A DNA stretch of 64,000 nucleotides from Candidatus Bathyarchaeota archaeon (lineage in GTDB: Archaea; Thermoproteota; Bathyarchaeia; Bathyarchaeales; Bathycorpusculaceae). The stretch is from NCBI GenBank assembly GCA_963725855.1, contig CAVSAA010000003.1, positions 569,751-633,750 on the forward strand. Direction: 5' to 3'. Shown here in pieces: positions 30,660 through 40,751 of the stretch. Every line of letters starts with the position of its first letter. Position 1 is the first letter of the stretch. Both the position numbers and the translations under genes were made by a program. The notes under the pieces are model-generated. The model had not been told where the DNA came from. It saw nothing but the letters and a program-made list of their open reading frames with translations, and ran no database searches.

Positions 30660-31457
30660 GTGACTGAGGTGCAAACAAATTCGCTCCAAACAATCCTTGA
30701 TGAATTTAAAACTCTAAGCCCAGAAACCACAAACGCCACAGTATTCAACAACGCTGGACAAATCATAGCCAATACAGAAACCACAACTGAAGACCAAACA
30801 AAAAAATTCTTAACCGACTTTTATAGCATTACTCAGAAAGCCCAAATCATCGGCGGCGTCGAAAACCTGATAATTCAAGCTGTCGATAGCCAATTAACCA
30901 TTACCGCTACGAATAGTCATTATTTGACAATGGTTTCTTCTCGGTCAGCAAATCAGGAAATTGTAAAATCACTAACCCAAGTGATAGTTCCCACAGTCGT
31001 CAAACTCATTGACCAAAATACGATTGTCCCCACAGAAATCCAGTCATCACCAATTATTAAACCTGAAGAAAAAACAGATGAAAAAGTTGTTTTGCCAATC
31101 ATAGACGAACCAAGAATCGAACCAATTCTTGAAACTAAAACGTCTTTTGAACCGTTTCTTCCCTCAACGCCCATTAACCAGTTCATAATTGAAAAAATAA
31201 TAGGTTTACTTGTCCCAACTGATACCGTGCGAATCGACAGTGAGGCACTGGATAAATGGAGTGATCTTTATGGCGGCAAACAAATCCTAATGGTAAATAT
31301 CGAAGCGTTGGATGGTAAAAAAACCACTTGCAAGGTTAAGCCGATAAAAGAGACAAAGAACAACTCCAAAGGGGTTATCCAAATTCCTGAAAAAATCCTG
31401 CAGACTCTTCAGACTGAAAAGGGCAGGCTGGTAATGGTCGGGCCAGTATTAGAATAA
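30660..31457 (+). CDS. Roadblock/LC7-like domain + Pro/Glu linker + probable double-psi beta-barrel
   Basis: N-terminal helix-VFNNAGQIIA-helix roadblock pattern; C-terminal TVRIDSE...GVIQIPEKILQTLQTEKGRLVMV resembles a DPBB repeat. Confidence 0.6.
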   Translation: MTEVQTNSLQTILDEFKTLSPETTNATVFNNAGQIIANTETTTEDQTKKFLTDFYSITQKAQIIGGVENLIIQAVDSQLTITATNSHYLTMVSSRSANQEIVKSLTQVIVPTVVKLIDQNTIVPTEIQSSPIIKPEEKTDEKVVLPIIDEPRIEPILETKTSFEPFLPSTPINQFIIEKIIGLLVPTDTVRIDSEALDKWSDLYGGKQILMVNIEALDGKKTTCKVKPIKETKNNSKGVIQIPEKILQTLQTEKGRLVMVGPVLE

Positions 31458-31472
31458 TAACGGGGAAAAAAG

Positions 31473-31874
31473 ATGAAACATAAAAAATACACTGAAACCT
31501 CAACTGAGCTTATCGATAGTGCAGCTGTGATTTCAGTCGGAGATGACAATGCTGTTTTCGCTAACTTATCTGCCAGTTTAGCTGAAATACGCAAACTCAA
31601 AGGCGTCATAGGTTACATTCTAAGAAGCGAAACCTCAGCTATAATAGACGTAACCGAACAAGACAAAATAATCGATTATGCCCTCTTGTCTTCCCAGATT
31701 TCTGATTCAAGCTTTGAAATGGCAAAAAAATTCAGCATATCAAACATAGAAAGTGTGTTGGTTGAGGGTAAAAGTGTTAAAGTCCTCTGCATGAGGGTGG
31801 GCGAAAACAAGATCGGAATTTTTATGGAGAAAACCGCGACACATGCTTGGATTATAAAAAGGGTCCTCCTATAG
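31473..31874 (+). CDS. Roadblock/LC7-like protein
   Basis: LAEIRKLKGVIGYILR...IESVLVEGKSVKVLC...IGIFM. Confidence 0.7.
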   Translation: MKHKKYTETSTELIDSAAVISVGDDNAVFANLSASLAEIRKLKGVIGYILRSETSAIIDVTEQDKIIDYALLSSQISDSSFEMAKKFSISNIESVLVEGKSVKVLCMRVGENKIGIFMEKTATHAWIIKRVLL

Positions 31875-32047
31875 TTTAGTTTCATTCAATCCCATAGCAG
31901 TTAAGAAAGACGTCAATGGCGCTAACAGCCTCGTTTCTAAAGCAAACCAAAACAACAAACATATCTTTTAGCCTTAAAGTTTATATTTGCGTTTGATTTT
32001 TGCAATAATCCGAATTAAACAGATTCTATTAAGTAGGGAATGATAAT

Positions 32048-33700
32048 ATGGCGTATTTAACAACAACAGGCTCAGGACAACCAGTCCTCATCCTTAAAGA
32101 AGGAACAACAAGAAGTAGAGGCAAAGAAGCCCAAAGAAACAACATCATGGCCGCACGAGTAATCGGCGAAGTCTTAAAAACCACTCTCGGTCCACGCGGT
32201 ATGGACAAAATGCTAATTGACAGCCTAGGCGACATCACAATCACAAACGACGGCGCTGCAATTCTCAAAGAAATCGATGTAGAACACCCCGCGGCAAAGA
32301 TGATGGTTGAAATCGCTAAAACCCAAGACGACATGGTGGGCGATGGAACCACATCTGCAGTTGTACTTGCAAGTGAATTACTTAGAAAAGCTGAAGAACT
32401 TCTTGACCAAAATATACACCCAACAATATTGGTCAGCGGCTACCGAAAAGCCTCAGTAAAGGCAATTGAAGCTATAGGTAAAATGGCAGTACCACTAGAC
32501 GTTAACGACCGCAAAACACTCCTCAAAGTCGCATTAACCTCAATGAGCAGCAAAGCAGTCGGTTCGGCAAAAGATCACTTAGCCGAAATCTCTATCGATG
32601 CAGTTAAACAAATCGCCGAGAAACGCGGAGACAAAATAATCGCTGACATAGACAACATCCAACTCATCAAGAAAACAGGAAAAAGCCTCCTTGAAACTCA
32701 ACTTATCCAAGGCATAATCATCGACAAAGAAGTCGTCAGTCCAGGAATGCCAAAAATCAAAGAAAACGCAAAGATTGCCCTCTTAGATGCAGCCTTAGAA
32801 ATCGAAAAAACCGAAATAACCGCTGAAATCCGAATAAAAGACCCCAAACAGATGAAAGCATTCCTAGACCAAGAAAATAACATGATGGAAGATATGGTTA
32901 CTAAAGTCAAAGCCTCAGGTGCCGACGTGATTTTCTGCCAAAAAGGCATCGACGACATGGTTCAGCACTTTCTATCCAAAGAAGGCATCATAGCAGCAAG
33001 ACGCGTAAAAGAATCAGATATGGAGAAACTTGCAAGAGCCACAGGTGGAAGAATTGTCAGCGACTTAGATGACCTAAAGAAAGCAGATCTTGGTAGTGCA
33101 GGCCATGTTGAAGAACGCAAGATCGGTGACGACAAACTGATTTTTGTCGAAAAATGCAAAGACCCCCACTCAGTTGCGATACTTATCCGCGCAGGACTCG
33201 AACGCATGGTTGACGAAGCTGAACGTGCAATGACCGACTCACTCTCAGTCGTCTCAGACGTATTAGAAAACAGCAGAATCGTCGCAGGCGGCGGGGCAGT
33301 CGAAATCGAAATAGCAAAAGAGCTACGCAAGTATGCAACAAAAGTCGGCGGCAGAGAACAACTAGCCGTAGAAGCATTCGCAGACGCGGTCGAAGTCATC
33401 CCACGTACACTCGCAGAGAACGCAGGTTTAGAGCCAATAGACATACTCGTAGAACTACGACAAGTACATGACAAAGAAACTGGCAAATACATGGGCATCA
33501 ACGTGTTCACAGGTAAACTGCAAAATAGCATCGAAAACGGCGTAATCGAACCAATCATGGTTAAAGAACAAGCTATCAAATCCGCAGCCGAATCGGCAGC
33601 TATGATACTCCGCATAGACGACGTTATAACATCCAAGGCGCCAAAAGGCGGTCCGGGTGGCCCAGGCGGCGGAATGCCGGGCGGCATGGGCGAAGAATAA
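32048..33700 (+). CDS. ths: Thermosome (group II chaperonin) subunit
   Basis: TTLGPRGMDKML, TNDGA, GDGTTS, ILRIDD and a GGM-type tail. Confidence 0.98.
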   Translation: MAYLTTTGSGQPVLILKEGTTRSRGKEAQRNNIMAARVIGEVLKTTLGPRGMDKMLIDSLGDITITNDGAAILKEIDVEHPAAKMMVEIAKTQDDMVGDGTTSAVVLASELLRKAEELLDQNIHPTILVSGYRKASVKAIEAIGKMAVPLDVNDRKTLLKVALTSMSSKAVGSAKDHLAEISIDAVKQIAEKRGDKIIADIDNIQLIKKTGKSLLETQLIQGIIIDKEVVSPGMPKIKENAKIALLDAALEIEKTEITAEIRIKDPKQMKAFLDQENNMMEDMVTKVKASGADVIFCQKGIDDMVQHFLSKEGIIAARRVKESDMEKLARATGGRIVSDLDDLKKADLGSAGHVEERKIGDDKLIFVEKCKDPHSVAILIRAGLERMVDEAERAMTDSLSVVSDVLENSRIVAGGGAVEIEIAKELRKYATKVGGREQLAVEAFADAVEVIPRTLAENAGLEPIDILVELRQVHDKETGKYMGINVFTGKLQNSIENGVIEPIMVKEQAIKSAAESAAMILRIDDVITSKAPKGGPGGPGGGMPGGMGEE

Positions 33701-34097
33701 ATCGCCTAACTTCCTTTTCTTATTTCTAAGAAATAATTTTCATAGTTTTTCATCTTTTGAATCATTTCTAATTTTAATAAGCGTCAGAATTTGCGCTTTG
33801 GTAATAGGAATTGCTCATAAGAGGAATAGGTACAATCGCAAAGTGCAAGTACCTAAGGAACAGCGCTTTAACGTCCATAGGTGTCTTGGGGTTTTTATGT
33901 TCATTTTTAGTATCAACGGAGAATTGCCCTCACATGTGCCGATAACCATAACATGCTATTATCAGGATTGCCTTCTGCATGTTTCGAAGACTCTTAATAT
34001 CCATCTCCTTAACGGAAGACGCTAAAATGCGTTAATTTTCCATTTTGATTTGCTGGGTACACAACGTATTTATTTCTAAGAGAGAACCATCTCTCGA

Positions 34098-34172
34098 GCT
34101 CCGGTAGTATAGTCCGGTCAAGTATGCCGGCCTCTCGAGTCGGCGACCCGGGTCCAAATCCCGGCCGGAGCA
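34098..34172 (+). tRNA. tRNA-Glu(CTC)
   Basis: Acceptor GCTCCGG/CCGGAGC, anticodon arm CCGGC-CTCTCGA-GTCGG, T arm CCGGG-TCCAAAT-CCCGG. Confidence 0.93.
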
Positions 34173-34204
34173 CTAACTATTCAATTAATTAAAGGATAAA
34201 GAGC

Positions 34205-35308
34205 TTATTTAGAAGTTAGTGTAGCACATTGTTCTTCTACTGTGCGGTTCAGCGTTAGTTCTGCCATGTTTCGGCTGTAATCCATGATGCGCCTCGAACT
34301 GTCATAGATTAACCGTAGCACAGAAACGATGTTTGGGTCGAGTTTCTTGCTCGACATTAGCATTATTACTTCATTTTCGAGAGGAATTATGGCTTCGCGT
34401 TTAGAAATTAACTTTTCAGCATCTTTGTAATCTCGTTTGAAGAGGGCTTTAATGGAGTCGTCGTAAAGTTGATGCGCTTGGGTGCTGAAATAGACAAGTT
34501 GGTTGTATGTTTCATCGTCTATGGGATCTTTTATGAATAAGGTTTCGTTTTCGATTAATTTCTGCAGGTATCTGAGGTTGTTTATAATGTTCATGGCGTT
34601 TTGCGCTATGCTCTCTATATCGTTTACAGCTATGCGGTAGAGGAGAAATTCCTTGGGTGTTCGAAATCCGAGTTCCCGATAGAGGTTACGTTCTATGCCG
34701 TGTTTGAGTTGGCGGACAATGTATAGTCCGAGGCGATTTACATCATTGTGAGCGCCAATCACGCTATCAAATAGAATAGTGCTTCTGTCTTTGAAGGCAG
34801 CTATGGCGTCCCTGTTTGCTGCGAGGGCTACGATAGCCATTCTTCGGACAGCTTTTTCGATTGGGAATTCTGAGTGTTTAATCAGGATTTGAAGGGTTAT
34901 TTCGTCAGCAGTTTCCTCAATTATTTCTGAGCCTAAGAAGTGGTCTCGGGCAAGATTTTTTATTTCATTTTTATTTCTTATGGCGTCGGGGGCGTTTTTG
35001 AAATGGATTCTGATGATGTCTGCGCCTATAGCATAGAGCGCTCGGATCATGCGGAGGGTGGATTGTGTTGGTTCTTTTGGATCTATATTCACGTAGTATT
35101 CTTTGGGTTTATTGCCGTCTTCTCTACCTTCTTTTTCCATGATTTTTCTGGGAATCAGCGCGAGGGTTTGGTCGGGTTGGATGTTGAAGGCGATTTCGCT
35201 TCCTCGTTTTAATCCTATATCTTCTACCCATTCTTTTGGTAGGGATATGATGTACGAGCCTCTACCTGTGCATTGTACTCTTCTGTAACCGAGGTCTTTT
35301 TCTGCCAA
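34205..35308 (-). CDS. AbrB-PhoU-type phosphate uptake regulator
   Basis: RRVQCTGRGSYIISLPKEWV AbrB domain followed by PhoU helical repeats; probable TTG start at 35308 after GGTGA. Confidence 0.88.
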   Translation of the reverse strand: MAEKDLGYRRVQCTGRGSYIISLPKEWVEDIGLKRGSEIAFNIQPDQTLALIPRKIMEKEGREDGNKPKEYYVNIDPKEPTQSTLRMIRALYAIGADIIRIHFKNAPDAIRNKNEIKNLARDHFLGSEIIEETADEITLQILIKHSEFPIEKAVRRMAIVALAANRDAIAAFKDRSTILFDSVIGAHNDVNRLGLYIVRQLKHGIERNLYRELGFRTPKEFLLYRIAVNDIESIAQNAMNIINNLRYLQKLIENETLFIKDPIDDETYNQLVYFSTQAHQLYDDSIKALFKRDYKDAEKLISKREAIIPLENEVIMLMSSKKLDPNIVSVLRLIYDSSRRIMDYSRNMAELTLNRTVEEQCATLTSK

Positions 35309-35579
35309 ACAAGTCACCGTGGTAAATGTTTCATTTAGATTACATATTTCATAAACTTGCATATAAATGATTTTCAACAAAGTTATATAGAATACATGCC
35401 ATTTGCTGAGCTAGCTCCATAAAGGAGGGCGACAAAATGCCATTAAACATCTGTAAAATAATAGTACAAAATAATAATCAGGCAACAACAAGTGAAGGTG
35501 TTTTATGCACAAACGACGTGGAACTCCACGTATTGATGCTCACTTGCGCGCGTTTACATTGAAAAATGAAGGCTTAAAG

Positions 35580-36023
35580 ATGAAAAAAATAATCGCAAAA
35601 CAAGAAGCATGCATGGGTTGCGGACTATGCGAAGTCTACTGCACCACCCAGCATTCAAAATCAAAAGATATAATCAAAGCTTACAATAGTGAACACCCCA
35701 AACCCGTATCCAGAATCAGACGAGAAGTAAACAAACCCATCTCTTTTGCAATACAATGCCGCCACTGTGCGGACGCTCCATGCGTAACCGCCTGCCTCTC
35801 AGGGGCAATGACAAAAGATTCAAAAACAGGGGAAGTTACACACAACAAAGATAAGTGTATGGGGTGCTGGACATGCGTTATGGTTTGCCCCTACGGTGCA
35901 CTAATTATGGATAAGGAAGGCAAGGTCGTCGCTAAATGTGACCTCTGCCAAGGGATAGCTGAGCCAGTTTGCGTTGCCAATTGCCCCAACGAAGCGTTAG
36001 TATTCAAGGAGGTAAAACCGTAA
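35580..36023 (+). CDS. 4Fe-4S dicluster protein (CooF/HydN-like)
   Basis: CMGCGLCEVYC, CRHCADAPCVTAC, CMGCWTCVMVCP and KCDLC...C..CP. Confidence 0.92.
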   Translation: MKKIIAKQEACMGCGLCEVYCTTQHSKSKDIIKAYNSEHPKPVSRIRREVNKPISFAIQCRHCADAPCVTACLSGAMTKDSKTGEVTHNKDKCMGCWTCVMVCPYGALIMDKEGKVVAKCDLCQGIAEPVCVANCPNEALVFKEVKP

Positions 36024-36024
36024 T

Positions 36025-37305
36025 ATGGCAAAGTACTTGATTGTTGGTGCGTCAGCTGCAGGAATAGCTGCAGTAGAAGCTATAAGAAAAGTTGACCCAG
36101 TAGGCACGATAACAGTAATCACCGAAGAGGCTTGCGCACACTATAGTCGTCCTATGATTAGTGACTTAGTCAGTGGTAAAGCAGACCTTCAAAAAATGAA
36201 TTGCAAAGCTGAGGGATTCTGGAAAGAAAATAATGCTGAAGCACGCTTGGATAAAAAAGTAGTTAGCCTGAACCTATCTGACAAAACCGTAACCTTAGAA
36301 GATGAAGAAAAGGTAGGCTACGAAAAACTTTTACTTGCAACTGGCGGCAAACCCTTCATACCTAAGATGGAAGGCCAAGATAAAGAGGGTGTATTCACCT
36401 TCACAAACATATCCGATGCCCAACGTTTAGCTGCAAAAATCGATGCTTTAAACGCTAAGAGCGCAGTAGTCATTGGTGCAGGTTTAATCGGTATAAGTGT
36501 CACCGAAGCTCTCATTAAACGCGGCATAAAAGTCACAGTTGTCGAATTGCAAGAGAAAATCCTAAGCTTGCTCTTAGACGCAAAAGCATCCGACATCGTT
36601 GAAGAAGTCATCAGAAAAGCAGGCGTAGACTTTGCAACCGGGCAGTCAGTGCAGAAAATCATCGGCAAACCCGAAAACGACGGTGCAGTTGGCGGAGTAA
36701 TCTTAACCAAAGGTAACCAATTACCTTGCGACCTAGTCATCGTAGCCATAGGCGTCATTCCAAGAACCGAGTTAGTAGCGGGAACTGCTGTGAAACTAAA
36801 TCGGGGAATAGTTGTGGATAACTTTATGCAGACCAGTGTACCTGACGTCTATGCAAGTGGAGATGTTGCCGAGGCTTACGATTTTATCCTTAACCAAAAT
36901 CGTCTTTTGCCACTTTGGCCTTTGGCGGTTTTGGAAGGCAGAGTTGCAGGCTGTAACATGGCGGGAGCAAAAACCAGCTATGAAGGCGGAACCAACATGA
37001 GTAGCCTCAAGTACTTTGGCATACCTATCGTCTCCATAGGTTTAGCTAACCCAAAAGATGACCCAACGCTCGAAGTGATCGTTCTACAGGACATAGAGAG
37101 CAATGTATACAAGAAACTGGTCCTCAAGAACAACATAATCGTTGGAATAACTCTGGTGAACTGCATCGACCGCGCTGGAATCCTATTCAACCTAATGAAA
37201 AGCCAGGTTAACGTGAAAAGATTTAAGCAAAACTTGCTGAGAGACGATTTCGGCTGGGCAGTTTTGCCTGTAATGCTTCAAAGAAAAATGAGTGTGGTGC
37301 AATAG
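36025..37305 (+). CDS. FAD/NAD(P)-dependent pyridine nucleotide oxidoreductase
   Basis: GASAAG, ATGG, GAGLIG and TSVPDVYASGD. Confidence 0.9.
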   Translation: MAKYLIVGASAAGIAAVEAIRKVDPVGTITVITEEACAHYSRPMISDLVSGKADLQKMNCKAEGFWKENNAEARLDKKVVSLNLSDKTVTLEDEEKVGYEKLLLATGGKPFIPKMEGQDKEGVFTFTNISDAQRLAAKIDALNAKSAVVIGAGLIGISVTEALIKRGIKVTVVELQEKILSLLLDAKASDIVEEVIRKAGVDFATGQSVQKIIGKPENDGAVGGVILTKGNQLPCDLVIVAIGVIPRTELVAGTAVKLNRGIVVDNFMQTSVPDVYASGDVAEAYDFILNQNRLLPLWPLAVLEGRVAGCNMAGAKTSYEGGTNMSSLKYFGIPIVSIGLANPKDDPTLEVIVLQDIESNVYKKLVLKNNIIVGITLVNCIDRAGILFNLMKSQVNVKRFKQNLLRDDFGWAVLPVMLQRKMSVVQ

Positions 37306-37307
37306 AT

Positions 37308-38435
37308 TTGGATCAGCATGATAGAAAAATCATCAACCCATTCAGCGATGATAAGGATTTCTCAGCCTGCGGTATCTTCGCTGCAATGAACACTGAAGGC
37401 AAACGTTTCGGCTCAAAAGATCCAGTTCGCGCAATGGCGAACATGCATGACCGGGGTAACGGCTTGGGCGGCGGCTTCGCAGTTTACGGCATATACCCAA
37501 GCTTCAAAGATTACTACGCTTTCCATGTTATGTACCTGAGTAAGGATGCCAAAGTAAAAACTGATCGTATACTTGCTTCAAAGTTTGACATTGTCTACGA
37601 TGAGGAGATGCAAACAAAACCAGCAAACGTCAGTGATCCACCACTGGTTTGGCGGTACTTTGTACAGCCAAAAAAACTCCGACCTAAAAACCAAACTGAA
37701 GAAGACTACGTTATTGAAGCCATTATGCGTGTTAACACTGAAACAGGAAAGGCATTTGTCTTCTCAAGTGGCAAAGACATGGGTGTCTTTAAAGGTGTGG
37801 GGTTCCCAGAAGATGTTGCAGAATTTTTCTGCTTAGAGGATTACCAAGGATACCTCTGGTCCTGTCACAGCCGGTTCCCAACAAATACTCCTGGTTGGTG
37901 GGGTGGAGCGCATCCATTCAACATCCTTGACTGGACAGTGGTACACAACGGTGAGCTGTCATCTTATGGCATAAACCGTCGATATCTAGAAATGTATGGT
38001 TACAAATGTACGATGCAAACCGACACTGAAGTGTTGGCCTACGCGGTGGACTTGCTTATGCGAAGACAACAACTGCCAATTGAACTTGTTGCCCAAGTAT
38101 TGGCGGCGCCTTTATGGAATGAAATAGACCTCATGGAACCCAAACAGGCAACTCTGCTTCGGACTCTTCGCCAAACATACGGTAGCCTACTTATGAATGG
38201 GCCATTCAGCATAGTTATCGCCCACCATGGCGAAATGATTGGCTTAACTGACAGAATCAAACTTCGTCCCATGGTTGCTGGCGCAAACGGCGATTTCCAA
38301 TACTTGTCCTCGGAGGAATCAGCGATGCGGCTGGTTTCTCCACAGCTTGATAAGTTCTGGGCGCCAAGAGGCGGTGAACCCGTAGTTTGCAGACTGAAGA
38401 ACTTCCAGAAAAAAGCCGGAGGCTCAACTTATTGA
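37308..38435 (+). CDS. Glutamate synthase class II amidotransferase subunit (GltB1)
   Basis: ACGIF N-terminal nucleophile, RGNGLGGG, HSRFPTNT and HNGE. Confidence 0.92.
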   Translation: MDQHDRKIINPFSDDKDFSACGIFAAMNTEGKRFGSKDPVRAMANMHDRGNGLGGGFAVYGIYPSFKDYYAFHVMYLSKDAKVKTDRILASKFDIVYDEEMQTKPANVSDPPLVWRYFVQPKKLRPKNQTEEDYVIEAIMRVNTETGKAFVFSSGKDMGVFKGVGFPEDVAEFFCLEDYQGYLWSCHSRFPTNTPGWWGGAHPFNILDWTVVHNGELSSYGINRRYLEMYGYKCTMQTDTEVLAYAVDLLMRRQQLPIELVAQVLAAPLWNEIDLMEPKQATLLRTLRQTYGSLLMNGPFSIVIAHHGEMIGLTDRIKLRPMVAGANGDFQYLSSEESAMRLVSPQLDKFWAPRGGEPVVCRLKNFQKKAGGSTY

Positions 38436-39943
38436 AGACCTACGTAATCCCTGAATACCTTGTTGAACGAGATGAAAAACGCTGCATACGGTGCAAAGTA
38501 TGTGTTAACCAATGCACCTACGAAACCCACTTCTATGACCAAGAGACCGACACTGTATGCAGCAAAGATGAAAACTGCGTGAACTGCATGCGATGCGTGA
38601 CCTTTTGTCCGACACACGCCATCACGATTAAAAGGAACCCTAACGCTAACCGTGAAAACGCCAACTGGACCTTCGAAGCCATCCGCGATGTTAAAAAACA
38701 AGCAGAAAACGGCGCTGTTATCATAACCGGCATGGGCAATGATAAACCCTACTACACCTATTGGGATAGACTGCTCTTAAACGCAAGCCAGGTCACTAAC
38801 CCCTCAATTGATCCATTACGTGAACCTATGGAAATACGAACGTACCTTGGTGCAAAACCCGACAAACTGGATTTAGCATACGACAAAAGCGGAACCGTTC
38901 TTAAGACACAGCTCACCCCGCAGCTTTGTCTCGACACCCCGATAATGTTCTCGGCTATGTCATATGGTGCAATCAGCCTAAATGTCCATGAATCCTTAGC
39001 TCGTGCAGCCACCGAATGCGGAACATATTGGAACACGGGAGAAGGCGGCTTAGACAAGAGTCTCTACAAATATGGTGACAACACCATAGTGCAGGTCGCG
39101 TCAGGCAGATTCGGGGTCCATAGTGACTACCTGTATTCGGGGGCAGCAGTAGAAATAAAGATTGGTCAAGGCGCAAAACCAGGCATAGGCGGTCACCTTC
39201 CAGGCGAAAAAGTCACCGAACACGTTGCCAAAACACGTATGATTCCAGAAGGCACCGATGCACTGTCACCTTACCCTCAGCACGATATCTATTCAATCGA
39301 AGACCTCCGCCAACTAATCTATGCCCTTAAAGAAGCAACCAACTACACCAAATCCATTATAGTAAAGATCGCAGCAGTCCACAATGCACCAGCCATCGCC
39401 AGCGGTATGGTTCGGGCAGGCGCAGACATAATAGCCATCGACGGAGTCCGCGGCGCAACAGGTGCAGCACCCAAAGTCATCCGAGACAACGTTGGCATCC
39501 CAATAGAGTTAGCGCTAGCACAAATCGACCAACGACTGCGCGAAGAAGGCATCAGAAGTCATGCGGGTGTTGTTGCAGCGGGCGGCATCAGAAGCGCAGC
39601 TGACGTGGTAAAAGCCATCGCGTTGGGCGCGGACGCAGTATACATTGGTACGGCGGCTCTAATTGCGATAGGTTGCACAGTTTGCCAACGATGCTACACT
39701 GGTAAGTGTCCATGGGGCATCGCGACCAGCGACCCGTGGATTAGCAAACGCATCAACCCCGACATTGCATCCAAGCGACTCGTGAATCTGCTTCAGAGCT
39801 GGAGCATAGAAATCAAAGACATGATGGGTGGTATGGGCATAAACGCAATTGAAAGCTTGCGCGGCAACAAACTAGCCCTTAGAGGTGTCGGCTTAACCAA
39901 GACGGAACTAAAGATACTGGGCGTTAAAATGGCAGGAGCATAA
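38432..39943 (+). CDS. Glutamate synthase FMN-binding subunit with N-terminal ferredoxin (GltB2)
   Basis: AMSYGA, NTGEGG, QVASGRFGV, IKIGQGAKPGIGGHLPGEKV, HDIYSIEDL and a C-terminal 3Fe-4S Cys motif; probable TTG start overlapping the previous stop. Confidence 0.95.
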   Translation: MKTYVIPEYLVERDEKRCIRCKVCVNQCTYETHFYDQETDTVCSKDENCVNCMRCVTFCPTHAITIKRNPNANRENANWTFEAIRDVKKQAENGAVIITGMGNDKPYYTYWDRLLLNASQVTNPSIDPLREPMEIRTYLGAKPDKLDLAYDKSGTVLKTQLTPQLCLDTPIMFSAMSYGAISLNVHESLARAATECGTYWNTGEGGLDKSLYKYGDNTIVQVASGRFGVHSDYLYSGAAVEIKIGQGAKPGIGGHLPGEKVTEHVAKTRMIPEGTDALSPYPQHDIYSIEDLRQLIYALKEATNYTKSIIVKIAAVHNAPAIASGMVRAGADIIAIDGVRGATGAAPKVIRDNVGIPIELALAQIDQRLREEGIRSHAGVVAAGGIRSAADVVKAIALGADAVYIGTAALIAIGCTVCQRCYTGKCPWGIATSDPWISKRINPDIASKRLVNLLQSWSIEIKDMMGGMGINAIESLRGNKLALRGVGLTKTELKILGVKMAGA

Positions 39944-39947
39944 AAAA

Positions 39948-40751
39948 ATGCAAATACAAAGCAAACCTCAAGAAATAGACGCAAAGTATCAGTCACTCGT
40001 AACACGTGAAAGTAAACTTGTAAAAATAGACGCTGAAGGACTCTACTATAGAGACCTAAACTGCTTACTACGGCAACTCATCGCCGCCAACGGCATTGAA
40101 CGCCTAGAACTCCACAATGTATGCGGACAACGATACATTGGTACTGGCCTTGACACTAATATCCAAGTCGATATCTACGGCACACCAGGAAACGACTTAG
40201 GGGCTTTCATGAGTGGACCCAAACTGTTGGTTCATGGAAACGCTCAAGACGGCTGTGGCAACACCATGAACGAAGGTAAAATAGTCATTGAGGGTCACGC
40301 TGGCGATGTTACGGGAAACTCTATGCGAGGTGGGAAAATCTTTGTCCGCGATTACGTCGGTTACCGTGTGGGCATCCATATGAAAGAATATAAAAACAAG
40401 GTTCCGCAGATTGTCATTGGGCAGACTGCAGGCGACTTCTTTGCAGAATACATGGCTGGTGGAGTTATGCTCATCTTGGGTTTGAATCTCAAGGAAGGAG
40501 AAAAATGCAATGCACGCTTTGTCGGCACAGGCATGCATGGTGGAGTAATCTATGAACGCGGCGAAATCCTTGATCCCGTGAATGGAACCAAAACCTTACC
40601 AGTAGGTAAACGTGATATTCGAGTGATCGAAGGCTTAGTTAACGAATACTGTAGCCACTTCGGTACCGACCCTAAAACTATTCTAAACAGCAAATTTAAA
40701 AAAATACTGCCACTTTCAAAGCGACCATACGCGAAACTCTTCTCGCATTAA
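39948..40751 (+). CDS. Glutamate synthase GXGXG subunit (GltB3)
   Basis: GQRYIG, GNDLGAFM, AEYMAGG and GTGMHGG. Confidence 0.92.
   Translation: MQIQSKPQEIDAKYQSLVTRESKLVKIDAEGLYYRDLNCLLRQLIAANGIERLELHNVCGQRYIGTGLDTNIQVDIYGTPGNDLGAFMSGPKLLVHGNAQDGCGNTMNEGKIVIEGHAGDVTGNSMRGGKIFVRDYVGYRVGIHMKEYKNKVPQIVIGQTAGDFFAEYMAGGVMLILGLNLKEGEKCNARFVGTGMHGGVIYERGEILDPVNGTKTLPVGKRDIRVIEGLVNEYCSHFGTDPKTILNSKFKKILPLSKRPYAKLFSH

Noticed and set aside
32962-33687. Long antisense ORFs (for example 241 aa opposite the thermosome, and others opposite rps4, gltX and smc)
   Set aside because: Shadow frames of strongly biased coding genes with no recognisable motifs
34091-34139. CTCTCGAG repeated in the tRNA-Glu leader and its anticodon loop
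   Set aside because: Only 8 nt, plausibly chance; no bulge-helix-bulge or permuted-tRNA structure
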